Source of the DNA: Haliotis cracherodii
Taxonomy: Eukaryota
Reading direction: 5' to 3'
DNA: 64,000 nucleotides
NCBI RefSeq assembly: GCF_022045235.1
Contig: NW_027266319.1
Span: forward strand, 40,486,001-40,550,000
Part shown: positions 1 through 13,919 of the stretch, one piece after another
Layout: each line of letters starts with the position of its first letter
Numbering within the stretch: position 1 is the first letter of the stretch
Program-made: the position numbers and the translations under genes
The notes under the pieces: model-generated
The model's database searches: none
The model's input: only the letters and a program-made list of their open reading frames with translations
What the model was told of the DNA's origin: nothing

Positions 1-2099
1 AATGCACCAACAGGAAGTGACGTCAGCAGAAGAAACGTATTTATTCTGCTGATAATTATTATTTTGTGGTGTGTACTAACTACTGACTGACATTATGAGA
101 AGTGTACATGTATGCCCCTTGGGTGCGATGACACGCAGTCAGCCAAGCCGTACCACTCCTCACACATTGGTCACCCAAACAACAGAATGCCTGGGCCTTT
201 GCTGGCCTGGGTCTCCACGGGAACTTTTAATGGTGTTTCAACGTGTTGGGCCACCGAAGCGAGCTGTATTTGAGTGTTTATATTAGAATTGATAATTTTT
301 ATCAAAGGTAAAAGGATTTTAACACCTGGAGTGAATTAAAAAGAAAACAAGAAAATCTAAAACGTGTCCCATCTGGAAATCGATATCAAGATTGCTGACT
401 CCGACAGTTGGGTTAAGGCGACAAGCTGTGGAAACTGTACGTTTGTTGTGAGGATGTTATGAACGTTTCAGTAACTTCTGTCACCTGGCAAGCTCAAACA
501 CAAATGTGACTGTATAAATGAAAGTTTACTCGTCCTTGGGTAGTAAACATTTTAATATATATATTGCGGTTCCCAATATATCTCACCCAATCGGTGAGAG
601 TTTTCACATGAGAAGAGTTCTTGGAATGTTTATCAGAGTACTCTGTTATGTACACTATTGGGATAGAGACCTGAAGATTTTTCATGCACAACACTTTTTT
701 TCACTATTGGGGAGATGATACCAGCTGACTAGGATCTAATTTAGAAGTTGCCCAGCTAGGAAATGCAGTAAAGAGGGACGTAACGAGTTAACGACCGTCC
801 GTCCAATTCATCAGAATACGGGCTAAATGTCTCTTGGTATAACAATTCATTTTTGTAAAAGATTCTCGTCGTTAGTTGCAAAAATAAAAAAACCCCACCG
901 TATTACAGAAATGTCCGATATGTTCTTGTTCTTGTTTAACTTGAACACCTACCAGCATTCCGCCATGGTCAATCTGTACTTTGATATTTCCGAGATCTGG
1001 ACCTGGAGATCTGGGACCATTTCATGTCAAGAGTGATGTTTGAGAACATTAGATTCTTATCCATCAAGTAAGGGCTCTTTAATGACATCATAAAACTCAT
1101 GTGACTTCAGTCTTTATGTGAAACGTAAACAAAATTAGATATAAACTTGACTGGTGCATGCCTTTTTCATAATATTTTTAATTTTGAGATTTTGCGTTTC
1201 CAAGACAATAATATATGTAATTTTAAGACATGCAAGATCAATTGGTTCATAGCTTCATATTTTGAAAACTGAGCTAAATGTTAAATGTGACTGGATTCGG
1301 TTTCAAGAATTTATCTCTCTCAAACCTTTATGCGTTGCTCTAAGGTGATTTGCACACACACCAAGACAGTGGACCTTTTGCGTATATGTCTAACCACTAA
1401 GGTGTCTTATACTGTTGGGGTCATTTAACCAATTCAGTTCGCCTTCACTTTCCATCGAGTTAGACGGCCTCTTATATGAAGGTAGAGTGTTATCAACCAA
1501 CAGAAGAGCAGTGGAGCCGAAAAAAGACCGGTTGTAGTCGATTTGTTGTGTAATAATACATACCGAGTTACTCCAGTTTGACAACGATCCATTTTGTCTG
1601 GTTCAACTGGCTTACATTAGCCGATTAGTCTCTTTGTCTGCATTTGCCAGCAAATTGGCAAAAAACCCATTTAAGCTGAATATTTTATTGATCGGTAGCT
1701 GGAACAGTCTGACCTTGTGTAACACCTGTTCGTTGACGAATTGTCCACATCTCCAACGTGTGTGCGCGCCATGATGCATGGCGATGTTTTGCGGGACTAA
1801 CCATTCAGGCAGGCCTCCTTTCCATTGTTTTGATCATTTATCATTCAAATGTTTCGACATAAAAGATATTTTATGCTGTAAACACTCCTTTCAAACGTGG
1901 GCGATTCCTTATATAAAGCAATTTTGTACCATTCATTAAAAGGACAAATCAGAGTCCCTTAATAATCTAATCTAAAAATGCTGTCAGGGTTCATTAACAA
2001 ACGAGGAACCCTAAAGAAAGTTATGTGGGTGGTTAAAAACTTCTATAACGGAACCTTCGCGTATTAATGAACCCTCAAGTGTCATTGTTTCTAAAATTA

Positions 2100-2440
2100 G
2101 AGTGAGTGAGTGAGGATAGTTTGACGCCGCTTTTAGCAATATTCCAGTAATATCACGGCGGGAGACACCACATATGTGCTTCACACATTGTTACCCATTT
2201 GGTTGAGTGTGACTGAGTTTGATTTTACGCCGCTTTTAGCAATATTCCAGCAATATCACGGCGGGGGACACCAGAAATGGGCTTCACATATTGTACCCAT
2301 GTCAGGAAACGAACCCAGGTCTTCGGCGTGACGAGCGAACGCTTTAACCACGAGGCTACCCGACCGCCCCGTTACCCATTTGAGAAATCAAAGCCGGGTC
2401 TTCGGTGTGACGAGCAAGGTGGCCCAGCTGAATACTTTCA
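2100..2440 (-). mobile_element. tRNA(Asp-like)-headed SINE (family 1) nested in an older copy of the same family
   Basis: Inner copy 2202-2370 is flanked by TSD gttacccatttg (2190-2201, 2371-2382). Head cgctcgtcacgccgaagacc.gggttcg resembles the tRNA-Asp anticodon and T arms. (ACTC)n tail. Confidence 0.88.
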
Positions 2441-3483
2441 CGNNNNNNNNNNNNNNNNNNNNNNNNNNNNNNNNNNNNNNNNNNNNNNNNNNNNNNNNNN
2501 NNNNNNNNNNNNNNNNNNNNNNNNNNNNNNNNNNNNNNNNNNNNNNNNNNNNNNNNNNNNNNNNNNNNNNACATCGACAAATTTGCCTTGCTCCAAATGT
2601 GAATCAACTGGTTATTAAATCAATCATGTCCGTATGTGCTCTTACGAACGTGGATTTCTAAGACGAACAGAAAGGGCTTTCAAGTGAGGAAGCGAGGCAT
2701 AAATGAGGCATAATTATCTGACGATGAGTGAGGTGAAGTGAAATGGGGTTGAACATGGCGTCCTTGCTGACTACAAGTATACTGACTCCGAGCCGACCAG
2801 GCCTTGTTTTAGCCCCTTAATGCCGAGCGCCAGACAGGGTAACAGCAAGTATCATCTTTAAACGTCTTTTGGTATGACGCGGGCGGACGCTCTACCACAA
2901 GACCACGGAGGCGGTCTCTACAAAGTATACAAACAGGTTGACATTTCCCCTTGTTTTACATAACGTATAATTATTTTTGTTTGTTTGTTTGGTTGTTGTT
3001 TAACGCCGCACCAAGCACTATTCCAGCTACATGCCACGGTCTGTAAATAATCGTGTATGGACCCGACTAGCCAGTGATTGACATCATGAGCATCGATCTA
3101 CACAATCGGGATACGATGACATGTATCAACCAAGTCAGCGAGCCTGATCACCCGATCCTTTTGTCGCCTCTTACTACAAGCGTTTATGCCTGTTACGGCA
3201 AGCATGGTTGATGAAGACCTATCCTACCCCGACCCTTTACAGGCATAACGTATGATTAGGTATACGATGTAAGTGGCTAAAACACTCGTATCCACAGATT
3301 GTCTATGTTTCCTTCTAACATACAATCTTGTAGAAATTTAGTTAAGAGCTTATTGTCTTGTCAGGCTCTTACCTGTTAATGTTACATTTTTCTCTATCAT
3401 TTAATTTGAATAATCAGACAAAGAAAAAGAGTGGACAAAGAGATTCTATCGCTGTATCAGACTAACGTGTTTCGAGTAAACGA

Positions 3484-3780
3484 TGGGGTTTTACAATGCT
3501 TTTAGCAATGAGAAAGAGAGTTTGGTTTCACGCCGCTTTTAGCAATATTCCAGCAATATCACGGCCGAAACACCAGAAATGGGCTCCACATATTGTACCC
3601 ATGTGGGGAATGGAACCCGGGTCTTCGGCGTGACGACAGAACGCTTTAATCACTAGACTAAACTTTTAGCAACATTCTAGCATTATCTAATGGTCTTACA
3701 CACGGCGCCCATGTGTGCAATCAAGCTCAGGTTTGTCACCCGAGAACGATATAACCACGATGACCTACACCAGCCCTACA
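3484..3780 (-). mobile_element. Family 1 SINE nested in an older related copy
   Basis: Inner copy ~3509-3662 flanked by cttttagcaa (3499-3508, 3663-3672). Confidence 0.75.
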
Positions 3781-3989
3781 CATGGCTGAATTCTAGAGAG
3801 ATGTAATTGACAAAGTGGATGTACGGATGTGCCATTGTCACTTCTCTTTTGAGTTGAAACACCACACTGTTGAATGCACAAAGCGGACCTAAACTGATCC
3901 TAAATGTATCACTACATTCCACTTGTTCGTAAATAGTGTTCACGAAGAGTCAAGGTCTATGTGAGCTACATTCTTACACATGTTTGTTC

Positions 3990-5670
3990 AAGTATGAAGT
4001 TATACCCATATACTGATGCTACATGTATGTACTTATACTCATATGCTGATGGTACATGTATTTACTTATACCCATATGTTGATGGCACATATATGTCCTT
4101 ACACCAGTATGCTGATGGTACATGTATGAATGTATACCCATATGCTGATGGTACATGTATGAATGTATACCTATATGCTGATGGTACATAGATGTCCTTA
4201 CATCAATATGCTGATGGTACATGTATGAATGTATACCCATATGCTGATGGTACATGTATGAATGTATACCTATATGCTGATGGTACATAGATGTCCTTAC
4301 ATCAATATGCTGATGGTACATGTATGAATGTATACCCATATGCTGATGGTACATAAATGTCCTTACACCAGTATGCTGATGGTACATGTATGAATGTATA
4401 CCCATATGCTGATGGTACATAAATGCCCTTACACCAATATGCTGATGGTACATGTATGAATGTATACCCATATGCTGATGGTACGTGTATGAATGTATAC
4501 CCATATGCTGATGGTACATGTATGAATGTATACCTATTTGCTGATGGTACATAGATGTCCTTACACCAATATGCTGATGGTACATGTATGATTGTATACC
4601 CATATGCTGATGGTACATAAATGTCCTTACACCAGTATGCTGATGGTACATGTATGAATGTATACCCATATGCTGATGGAACATGTATGAATGTATACCC
4701 ATATGCTGATGGTACATGTATGAATGTATACCTATTTGCTGATGGTACATAGATGTCCTTACACCAATATGCTGATGGTACATGTATGAATGTATACCCA
4801 TATGCTGATGGTACATAAATGTCCTTACACCAGTATGTTGATGGTACATGTATGAATATATACCCATATGCTGATGGTACATGTATGAATGTATACCCAT
4901 ATGCTGATGGTACATGTATGAATGTATACCTACATGCTGATGGTACATGTATGAATGTATACCCATATGCTGATGGTACATGTATGAATGTATACCTATT
5001 TGCTGATGGTACATAGATGTCCTTACACCAATATGCTGATGGTACATGTATGATTGTATACCCATATGCTGATGGTACATAAATGTCCTTACACCAGTAT
5101 GCTGATGGTACATGTATGAATGTATACCCATATGCTGATGGTACATAAATGTCCTTACACCAGTATGCTGATGGTACATGTATGAATGTATACCCATATG
5201 CTGATGGTACATGTATGAATGTATACCCATATGCTGATGGTACATGTATGAATGTATACCCATATGCTGATGGTACATAGATGTCCTTACACCAGTATGC
5301 TGTGGGTACATGTATGAATGTATACCCATATGCTGATGGTACATAGATGTCCTTACACCAGTATGCTGATGGTACATGTATGAATGTATACCCATATGCT
5401 GATGGTACATAAATGTCCTTACACCAATATGCTGATGGTACATGTATGAATGTATACCTATATGCTGATGGTACATAGATGTCCTTACATCAATATGCTG
5501 ATGGTACATGTATGAATGTATACCCATATGCTGATGGTACATAAATGTCCTTACACCAGTATGCTGACGGTACATGTATGATTGTATACCCATATGCTGA
5601 TGCTACATAGATGTCCTTACACCAATATGCTGATGATACATGTATAAAGTTTTACCCATTGTTGATGGTA
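3990..5670. repeat. 33-bp minisatellite with two interspersed unit types, ~50 units
   Basis: Constant atgctgatggtacat followed by either gtatgaatgtatacccat or aRatgtccttacaccaRt. Confidence 0.95.
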
Positions 5671-6339
5671 TATGAATAAAAATATTCTTATCGGCTTGTT
5701 TGCGTTACGAGTAATTACGTATAGAGCGTCTTTCAATAAAGTTTGTATCTGTTTGAACAATTAACATGTTTCAACAAATGTAGATGGGAATGTCTATTTA
5801 CCACAGGTCACACTTTAAAGTTGATATCTGTGGTCACCAGTAAATGGACAGATATTGAGACCGTCCCGGTGTGGACATAAACGTGACGAAACCCCTCTCA
5901 TAACTATGAGAAATCACTGCCCAGTGGAGTCCATAGTACGTTTCAAACTTTATCATAAGCAAGTGTTTATGAACTACTATCAAATTGTGATGATACCAGG
6001 TTTTCGCGAAAAGGTGAGGGTATCCTGCCCCATTGGTGGTTCCTGTCATAAAAACATGTCAAGGCAAGTCAATTGTTTACCCGTAAAAACACGGGAACAT
6101 AGGGCTGAAGTCAAATCATGGAACTGCATCGGACGTCATTTTTGTCACTGATGCGTCAGATTTGTAAATGTCCTTCACATGTCCACCAGAATAACTTTTG
6201 AAGTTTTGTCAATTCCTTGAATGTTGTGACCCTGATCACACAACATCTGACAGCAAGGTTCGTATGACGCTCTTTGAAATCTTCTTTTAAAAGTTTACCT
6301 ATAAAGTTGTGAAATGTAGACACAAAAGACTGAGTGAGT

Positions 6340-7830
6340 GAGTGAGTGAGTAAGTTAAAATTCAAAGTCACATTAGCAATATTTGAACCATATCGTGACT
6401 ATCAAGAGTTATACATAATAAATACATTTAGATTATATAAAAAATAACAGTAAAATAACTAGACATATCACAGAAAAAGATTTAAAACTAGTATGTAATC
6501 ATAAAAAGGATAGCACTAAACATAACAAAACATGATAAAAACGGGCTATTGATCGCCAGCGACTGAAGGCAGACCAAGGGAACTTACAGTAAGTTTTCAA
6601 CCTGCATGAACCTCAGCAGGATTTAAACCATACCTCAAAGTGCTGGCGATTATCGACAAAGTTAGCCTAACATAAAAACAACACATATTTTACAATTAAT
6701 TTTTTTCGATATTTCTAAATTTATTTTGAAACATGTGGAACTTACGTTGTCTTATGGGGGACATTTTTTTTACAGTACCTTAACCCCTTTCAATGATAAC
6801 GCCACTGACAATCTCAGTTGCTAATTTAATCTACCAATCTTTAATCGACATCTTTTTAACAAAACAAATTAATTACATTTTTCATGTTACTTATTGATAC
6901 CTATTTGGGTGTCCTACTTCTTTAAAATTAGATCTTTGATCTTTAACTTGTAATAAACAGGTTTATAATTAGAGTGTGGCATAAGGAGTGATGAGAGTTT
7001 TGTTGACCATGGTCAGTGTGTTACCAATGAGCATGGCTGAATAGCCAACAAAATACGATGTCGTATTGGCCAGTGGTTCAACAATTTCGAGTAAATGTGG
7101 ACACTTAAATGATAAATTTAAAAAGGGAATCTGAAAAAATATAAATTTTCTATGTTTATATTTGTTATTCAAACATTTTTGGACTGTAAAAATGGTGTTT
7201 GCTCTTGCTGTGAATATGGAGCTGTTATCTGGTAATCCTGAAGTTACTGTTCTGGATCCAGTGACAGTGACACTAGCAACTGCGCCATCATCCTTGGATC
7301 CATCTGTAAATATAGATTTATAAGTGCCATCTGCGTTTTTTAATTGATTACATTCTTGTTGATAAATTAGTGGGTTTGTGTCTTGTTTTTTTAAGTTCAA
7401 TTAATGTGAGGTCTACATTTGTGAGGCCTGCCAATGACGTTATGACAAAAGATGGATGGAAGAAGTTAGATCTTGAAGGTTAATTTTAGCTGCAGAAATA
7501 GCAAATTTCATTCTGATATCGAGCGGTGGAACAAGAGATGTTCTTATTGTAAATATCTTCGTAGAGGATTAAATACGCAATCAAAAGCTTAATTTGACGG
7601 ATTAGAATATAGTTTAGTGATGTATTGTAATGATATTTCAGACGGCGTTGTTTAAGGGAAGGCTCACTCGACTCCACATATAGACTATGAACAGACAAAA
7701 AAGTCGATGGTGGATAGTATTAAGCTTTTTGTAAATTACTTTTACAGGCTCCACCATAGACGATGGATCCGTACTCAAGTTTAGAGCAGATCAGTGACCT
7801 GTACCAGTGTAAGAGGGTTGTCTGATCTCC
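6340..7830 (-). mobile_element. 3' part of a non-LTR retrotransposon with RNase H (I/Nimb-like), decayed
   Basis: SIFTDGSKDDGAVAS...LPDNSSIFTA (RNase H), SLYVESSEPSLKQRR, and SKLEYGSIVYG near 7750-7790. (ACTC)n tail at ~6330-6350. Confidence 0.75.
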
Positions 7831-7899
7831 TCCACAAAAGGCTGGAGCTGTATGGATTTAACTCGAATTAAAAGGTGAAGATCACAAGTGGTAATGGTG

Positions 7900-9050
7900 C
7901 CCATGGCATTGCTATTGACAAATTATCCTGAATCTTTGAAGATGGAACTATATCTATAGTCACCGCGTTTAGTAACAAAAGCCTCATGGGTCAAGGAATG
8001 AAGTTTTCCTCCAAGTTTGTCGTCTGAGATAATGGTGTGCAAAGTTTAAAAAATAAAATGGTTTGACATAACTAAACTTGTTTTTTTTTCTGAGATTGTA
8101 ATAACTAAAGCAAATCATTTGAGTTTTTGAGAATGCCCATCCCCAAGTCCTCACCTGATTGTATTTAGGATTGTGGTTAACCTTTGAGACAGGGATTTGG
8201 TGGAGCAATTGCTGGATCAAGTAATGTATTTCTTTCTTTTTGTACTACTATATTAATTGAACTTTGTACAGGATTTATGGTCAAGCCAAAAGTTGATGGT
8301 ACTAATGCCCGTGTTTTTATTTTTCCTCAGTTAACAAATCGGCCTTATATGTGGCAATATTTTATATGTTGTTGCAATATTTGATAGGTCACTTATACCA
8401 TTTATTTTTATTTTTCAAACAATGATGTCGTGATGCTTACATATAATTGTTATGTTATTTTGTCCATGTCAGTGGGAACAACTACAAAAGATCTTTCCTG
8501 TTGGACAGCCTGGCCTTAAATTTAACCGACAGATACAGAATGGGTTTATTACAAATTCTGTTTTCACTTTTCATCGCATTCTACCAGAGACGACAACACA
8601 CACTGACTTAACCGACCCATTCAAAAATGTATCTTCTCTATTGGCCCTGTTTTTGCAAACGCTTGCACTGCATAACTAATGATGGTGATCCCAATTAGCT
8701 GCAAGTGGTTCACGATATTCTGGTCCAGATTTTCATAAACTGACGAAGGTTGTTATTGTCAGAGAAGTCACTTGTTATTATGTGACCAACAGGTTGGTGG
8801 CAGTATCATGGAGCTGCCAAGTCCACGTTCTGCAACGTTTTCCTAATAGTTTTAGTTAGAAATAGTTTTCGTATAGAAAAATGAACAGTTGGTGGTTCTT
8901 AAAATTTGAAATATTGAGGGACATTTAGGGAAATGAATGTTGTTTGAGAATGTTACTTTAGTTTAAGGTAGTTTAAGTGCAGTCTATTTCTGGTTTGGCC
9001 ATTTATTTTTTGAAAGCAGTATCAAGGACTATACTTAGTAGTCGATACTG
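7900..9050 (-). mobile_element. Decayed LINE 5' region (ORF1-like)
   Basis: A-rich minus strand and a CRLNLRPGCPTGKIFCSCSH Cys/His motif near 8470-8530. Heavily disrupted. Confidence 0.4.
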
Positions 9051-10734
9051 TAGTCTCTGACTCTTTGTAGACCCATTCATCAGCAAATGTGACTGGCGTC
9101 ATTTGATTTCTTTCAACAACACATTCCCAATAAACCAGTGACGATCGTCGTTGTAATTGGTCTTCAGCAACCCATGCTTGTCGTAAGAGGCGACTAACGG
9201 GATCAGTTTGTCAGGCTTGCTGTCTTAGTAGATGCATGTCATCGTATCCCAATAATGTACGCGTAGATCGATGCTCTATGACATGATTAGCCCATCTGGT
9301 CTGACATCTTCTCCTAAGACATCACTGAACCAATCAAGCTTTCAATGAGACATGATAATTAAGAGAATGTTTTGCAAAGTTTATTTTGTGAACTTGAATT
9401 ATCCTATATTTGGACCATACTCCTAAATTCTTTGCAAATGCATTCTCTGAAAAAAATGCCCTTTTCGCGAACACCTGGCATGACCACTGATTTTCGGTGA
9501 TCCATTCCTATAGTTTTCACTGCTATTTGGCCTTTTATGCCCAATAGAATCTGTTTTTGTCAGATAATATTCTCTTGTGGTTTACGTTTTATATTATATT
9601 TTTGCATCATCACCCGAGACAGAAATGATGCAGTGAAGCTGAAATTTTCCAATCTTGATGATGACCCAATTTGTTTAAGAGGTCAAATCTAATTGGGATC
9701 GGGCGGTCAGAGTGCTTGTCATCGTATCCCAGTTGCGTGGATCGATGCTTATGATAATAATGACTGGATTGTCTGGTCCAGAATCGATCATTTGCAGACC
9801 GCTGTCATTTAGCTGGAATATTGCTGAGTGCGGCGTTAAACAAGAAACACGAAATAAAACAAACAAACAAACAAACAAACAGCTCCAATGGTTTCCTACT
9901 GAGGGGCAAGAAATCTTCAAAATCAAGTCTTTAGAATTATATCTCTGGCGATGGTCTGAATAACTTGAACAGGAAACATCTGATGTCCGCAAATTGTCAG
10001 CATATAGATTTATCATAAAACTATCACAAACATCGACAATTCTGCCATCGATAGGCCGCTGTCCCATGTGTACATTAGGATCCTGTCACACATGTTAACT
10101 CTTCCGTGACTCATCCATCACATTACTGGTACTTCATAGTGTGGTTACTGTGTGAATTATATATTTGTTTGCCGTATTTCAATCAGCATTACATGACTAA
10201 TGAATAAAGTTAAATAATAAAAGCGTATCACTTTCTGAATGGCTTATGATTCCTTTGTCAAGGATAGAATAGTGTTCAGAACAATAACCAGTTGTGAACA
10301 CCTGTTCGGCTGTTATAGCTCCCTTTCTTGTAGTTTCAACATTGTGAAATCGTTGCCCTGATATTGTTTTTACACAATGGATCTTCTTACTATTCAAATT
10401 CAGTTTGAGTCAGTTTAGCCAATGGACCATCCATTCATCATGTGTTTACTAATCCTGATCTGAGAGTTTATAGGTGACACGGTATTACATGCTGCATCTC
10501 TGACCACAGACATATTTGTGTAAGTACCACCGTGCGCTGAAGGCGACTAGAAGCACCAAGCAGGACCGGTCATAGTAAAAAGGTAAGTAATTAGAATACG
10601 AGTATAGATTCGAGAAAATGCAAAGGTCGGTTGAGTTTCAGTATGGGAATTGTGCTTTAAAGGAAAAGATTACCTATTGAATATGTAATATAAACGCGAC
10701 AACGTCCCTCCAATGATTCCACAGTGTTTTCAAT

Positions 10735-10890
10735 GATGAAATGCATCACGATGAACTAGACCCTCTACGATTATATGAAATGCATCTCGATAAACTAGAC
10801 CCTCTACGATTTTATGAAATGCATCACGATAAACTAGACCCTCTACGATTATATGAAATGCATCATGATAAACTAGACCCTCTACGAATA
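10735..10890. repeat. 39-bp tandem repeat, 4 units
   Basis: atgaaatgcatcacgataaactagaccctctacgattat. Confidence 0.9.
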
Positions 10891-11279
10891 TATGTACAGT
10901 ATGTTCGGACAACATGGAAGAATAGGGAAATCAAAGAGGAGGAGAGAAATATAGTAAAACAATTCGTAGAATTCCTCCCGTTCTTAGTACATGTATATAC
11001 GTTTGCCCTGCTATAAATTAAACTTTGCATCGACCTTAAACTCTGCATTGCTACTTAAAATCAGGGAATACCAATGCGAAAATTGGTATGGCGTAGACGT
11101 TATGTAATAGAACATTTCTAAGCTTGTCATAAAAAAATAAAAACAAAATGAATTAGATGTCTTTATTTTTTTCTTCTCATATTTGAAACAAGGATAAAAA
11201 TTTAACCTGACACAGAAGTCATCATTCAATGTACCTGGACTATATGAGATCATTTTGATATTGTATTACTTTATGGTTT

Positions 11280-11555
11280 TGTTTGTTCACTTGTTTTTTT
11301 TGTTTAACACCGCACTCAGCAATATTCCAGCTATATGACGGCGGTCTGTAAATAATCGAGTCTGGACCAGGCCACCACCCAGTGATTGATATTATGAGCA
11401 AAGATCCATGCATTTGGGATACGATGACATGCATCAAGCAAGGCAGTGAGTCTGATCACCCGATCCCGTTAGTCGCCTCTCACAACTAGCATAATCGTCT
11501 CTTACAGCAAGCATGGGTTGCCGAAGACCTATTCTACCCCGGATATCCACGGGTT
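11280..11555 (-). mobile_element. Family 2 short retroposon (non-tRNA structured head, (AAAC)n tail), representative copy
   Basis: Shared body gggatcgggtggtcagRctcgctgacttggttgatRcatgtcatcgtatccca...gctggaatattgctgagtgcggcgttaaac. Other copies or fragments at ~2976-3244, 9135-9275, 9695-9880, 13685-13835, 14315-14420, 15133-15378, 15379-15553, 17355-17590, 29238-29450, 30655-30878, 32123-32280 and 39165-39300. Confidence 0.85.
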
Positions 11556-11669
11556 GTTTAATGGATGAAGAGAAATATGTGCGTGAAAAGGATACATTAA
11601 AACCAACAATGCGTGCTTCGTGTTTTTATATAAGAAGACTTACAGTCGTGTTAACTCACTCACTCATTC

Positions 11670-11978
11670 AGGGAGAGCTTCACCCCCGTTAGCGGAAGGT
11701 CCGGGCTTCGAAACCTTGCCGCGTCATACCAAAATACGTTAAAAGATGGTACTTGTTGTTACCCTCTCTTGCTTGGCATTAAGGGGCTAAATCAAGGACT
11801 GGTCGGCTCTTAGTCAGTGTACTGTGTCTGAGTGGGGTATTCATGTTAACCTGCGGCATGGTATCTCAGTGAGCTAGCACTATAAATCGGCATCAGTCCG
11901 GACTTGTACAAGCAGTCACGCAAACACATACACGTACACGTCGTTAAACCCAATTTCAACTCACCTCACTCACTCATT
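11670..11978 (+). mobile_element. Family 3 tRNA-headed SINE (central block resembles the Meta/MESC-type domain)
   Basis: B-box-like gggcttcgaaacc, then cgtcataccaaaa.acgttaaaagatggtacttgttgttaccct...ggcattaagggg. Related copies at ~2725-2915 (-), 23450-24040 (+, interrupted) and 32303-32455 (-). The domain name is from recall and is unverified. Confidence 0.75.
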
Positions 11979-12069
11979 CACTATTTTCTCCAGAGTGAAG
12001 AGTACCGTATTACCACAGTGTTCAGTGGCTTCAACAATTGTTTTGCCCCTTGTCATTCTAGTTGCCATT

Positions 12070-12235
12070 TTGGGAGGTTGGGTGGTTGTGAGGTTAAATC
12101 GTTCACTCGTCTCGCCGAGTTCGATTCTATACAATAGTACAATGTGTGAAGCTCATTTCTGGTGTCCCCTGCCCTGATCTTATTGGAATATTGCTAAAAG
12201 CAGCGTAAAACCATACTCACTCAATCACCAACTCA
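12070..12235 (+). mobile_element. Family 1 SINE
   Basis: Body tgtgaagctcatttctggtgtcccc and tail aatattgctaaaagcagcgtaaaaccatactcactc. Confidence 0.85.
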
Positions 12236-12684
12236 CGCTGCAAAAATGCTGCTAAATGTCTGCAAACTGACATCCAAGGAGGACCTCATGACCCGTCTCG
12301 GCAAAGCAGGCAAAAAGACAGGACACATGTCGATACTAAATTGTCATTCTACATCAAAACCATTAATTTCAAGACTTGTTTTTGTCTTTATGTGTAAAGA
12401 TAAAAGCTTTCCTCGTGACTGTAATAACCAGAATGCGCTCTACAGACACACACCTGACTTGCACCTGAACAATCTTTTTGCACATTACAGAAGGTGAAAC
12501 ATGTCATCAGTATGTTTATGTAATGGCAGCGCATGTCTGCAGCTGCGTCAACAAGATGGGAAACGTTCAGTATATGTTGTGACTTCATTGTAACGACGTA
12601 TCTACTGGATATATAATGCATGACCTGTTCCATGGTGTAGTGTCTGCATCTGTTGAGGTGTTGTGGTAATCCAGTCTATACCTC

Positions 12685-12816
12685 TGTAAAGTGAGTTACA
12701 ATATGGTGTCTTCACCAAGTCGAGGGGAAGTGAGTTAGAACTCTGGTGTCTGCACAAAGGTAAGGTGAAGTGAGTTACCATCTGGTGTCTGCACCAAGGC
12801 AAGGTAAAGTGAGTTA
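12685..12816. repeat. ~40-bp degenerate tandem repeat, 3-4 units
   Basis: aagtgagtta...tggtgtctgcaccaagg.aagg. Confidence 0.7.
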
Positions 12817-13919
12817 ATCCAAGACCCAAATTAAGATTATATATAGACACGGAGCAATCATTGGGTGAAGACTAACGGGGGTTTCAACTCACATCCAGAC
12901 CATTTATAGTAAAACCTGCATACAGCTCCTCTCTTCTATCATTGGAAATGCTGTTTGTAGCAGAAGAGACAGGTGCGTTTCTCTTCCTTTCAATCAAAGT
13001 GAGTATCCACCATTAACGTCTATGTTTCGGCTGAACAATTCCATTACATTGGGAACAATTAGTGTAACTCTTGGGGGGTGGGGGGATGGGGGGTGGGGTG
13101 GGGGAAGGTTCACGTTTGTCACAGCGGTTAATGCGCCATAATTTGATGTGCAGAATTGTGTCCTTTACTAGCCAAGATCCGGTTTGCCTTTGCTTGTCAA
13201 AACTATTCCCACATTCTTGGTTCACCAAAATGATATAACCAGTGGACAGAAGCGGCGTTAACAGGTCGTTTCAATGTTGTCTGTCGCGTGCATATTATTT
13301 ATGTATCTGATAGCAGACTGCAGAGGGTTCGGCGGCGCCAGCCCATTAACTACATTGTGTAGGTCATTGTAGATCTCATCAACCAAGTCAAACGATCGGT
13401 GACTTGCTCTTCCATAACGTGTTTCATTAAAGTAAACTAATACCCGAGGCGAGGTCATTGCTGAAACATAAACTCCAAGTCTGACTACAACTCTAGGTGA
13501 ATATTGATCTTGAATTTTCCCAGACACGGGCCCCCAAACACCCGGTATTTGGTATCAGCAGGCCAGAGGAATGATCGATACACTTGTTGAGTTCGATGGA
13601 CATGCTACGCTGATACACTAGTGTGTCAGAACATAATGCATGTCTGAAGTATCGACCACCTAGTTAACCTGCATACATTTCTGACCTCGTAGGGATTGCG
13701 ATCCCTTTCAACCTAACATTGTTGTAAGAGACTGAAAGGATCGCATGGTCAAGATGAGTGGATTGGCTGATTGCCCGTCACTCAGTGGTTTGTCTGGTCC
13801 AGATTCGATTCTTTAAATGCCATACAGTTGGAATACTGGTATTTCTCTGTGCCATGATTCTGATGTTCTTAGAAGCGTTTTGAAATGAGGATTTGAATGG
13901 GAATACCTCCTCAGAAATT

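Noticed and set aside
2202-2370. tRNA genes
   Set aside because: The tRNA-like stretches lack a complete acceptor stem and continue into SINE bodies with tails and TSDs.
4019-5593. 524-aa ORF and a CRISPR-like constant/variable pattern
   Set aside because: The variable parts are two recurring types rather than unique spacers. The context is eukaryotic with no cas genes. The ORF has no unique termini and follows from a 33-bp period.
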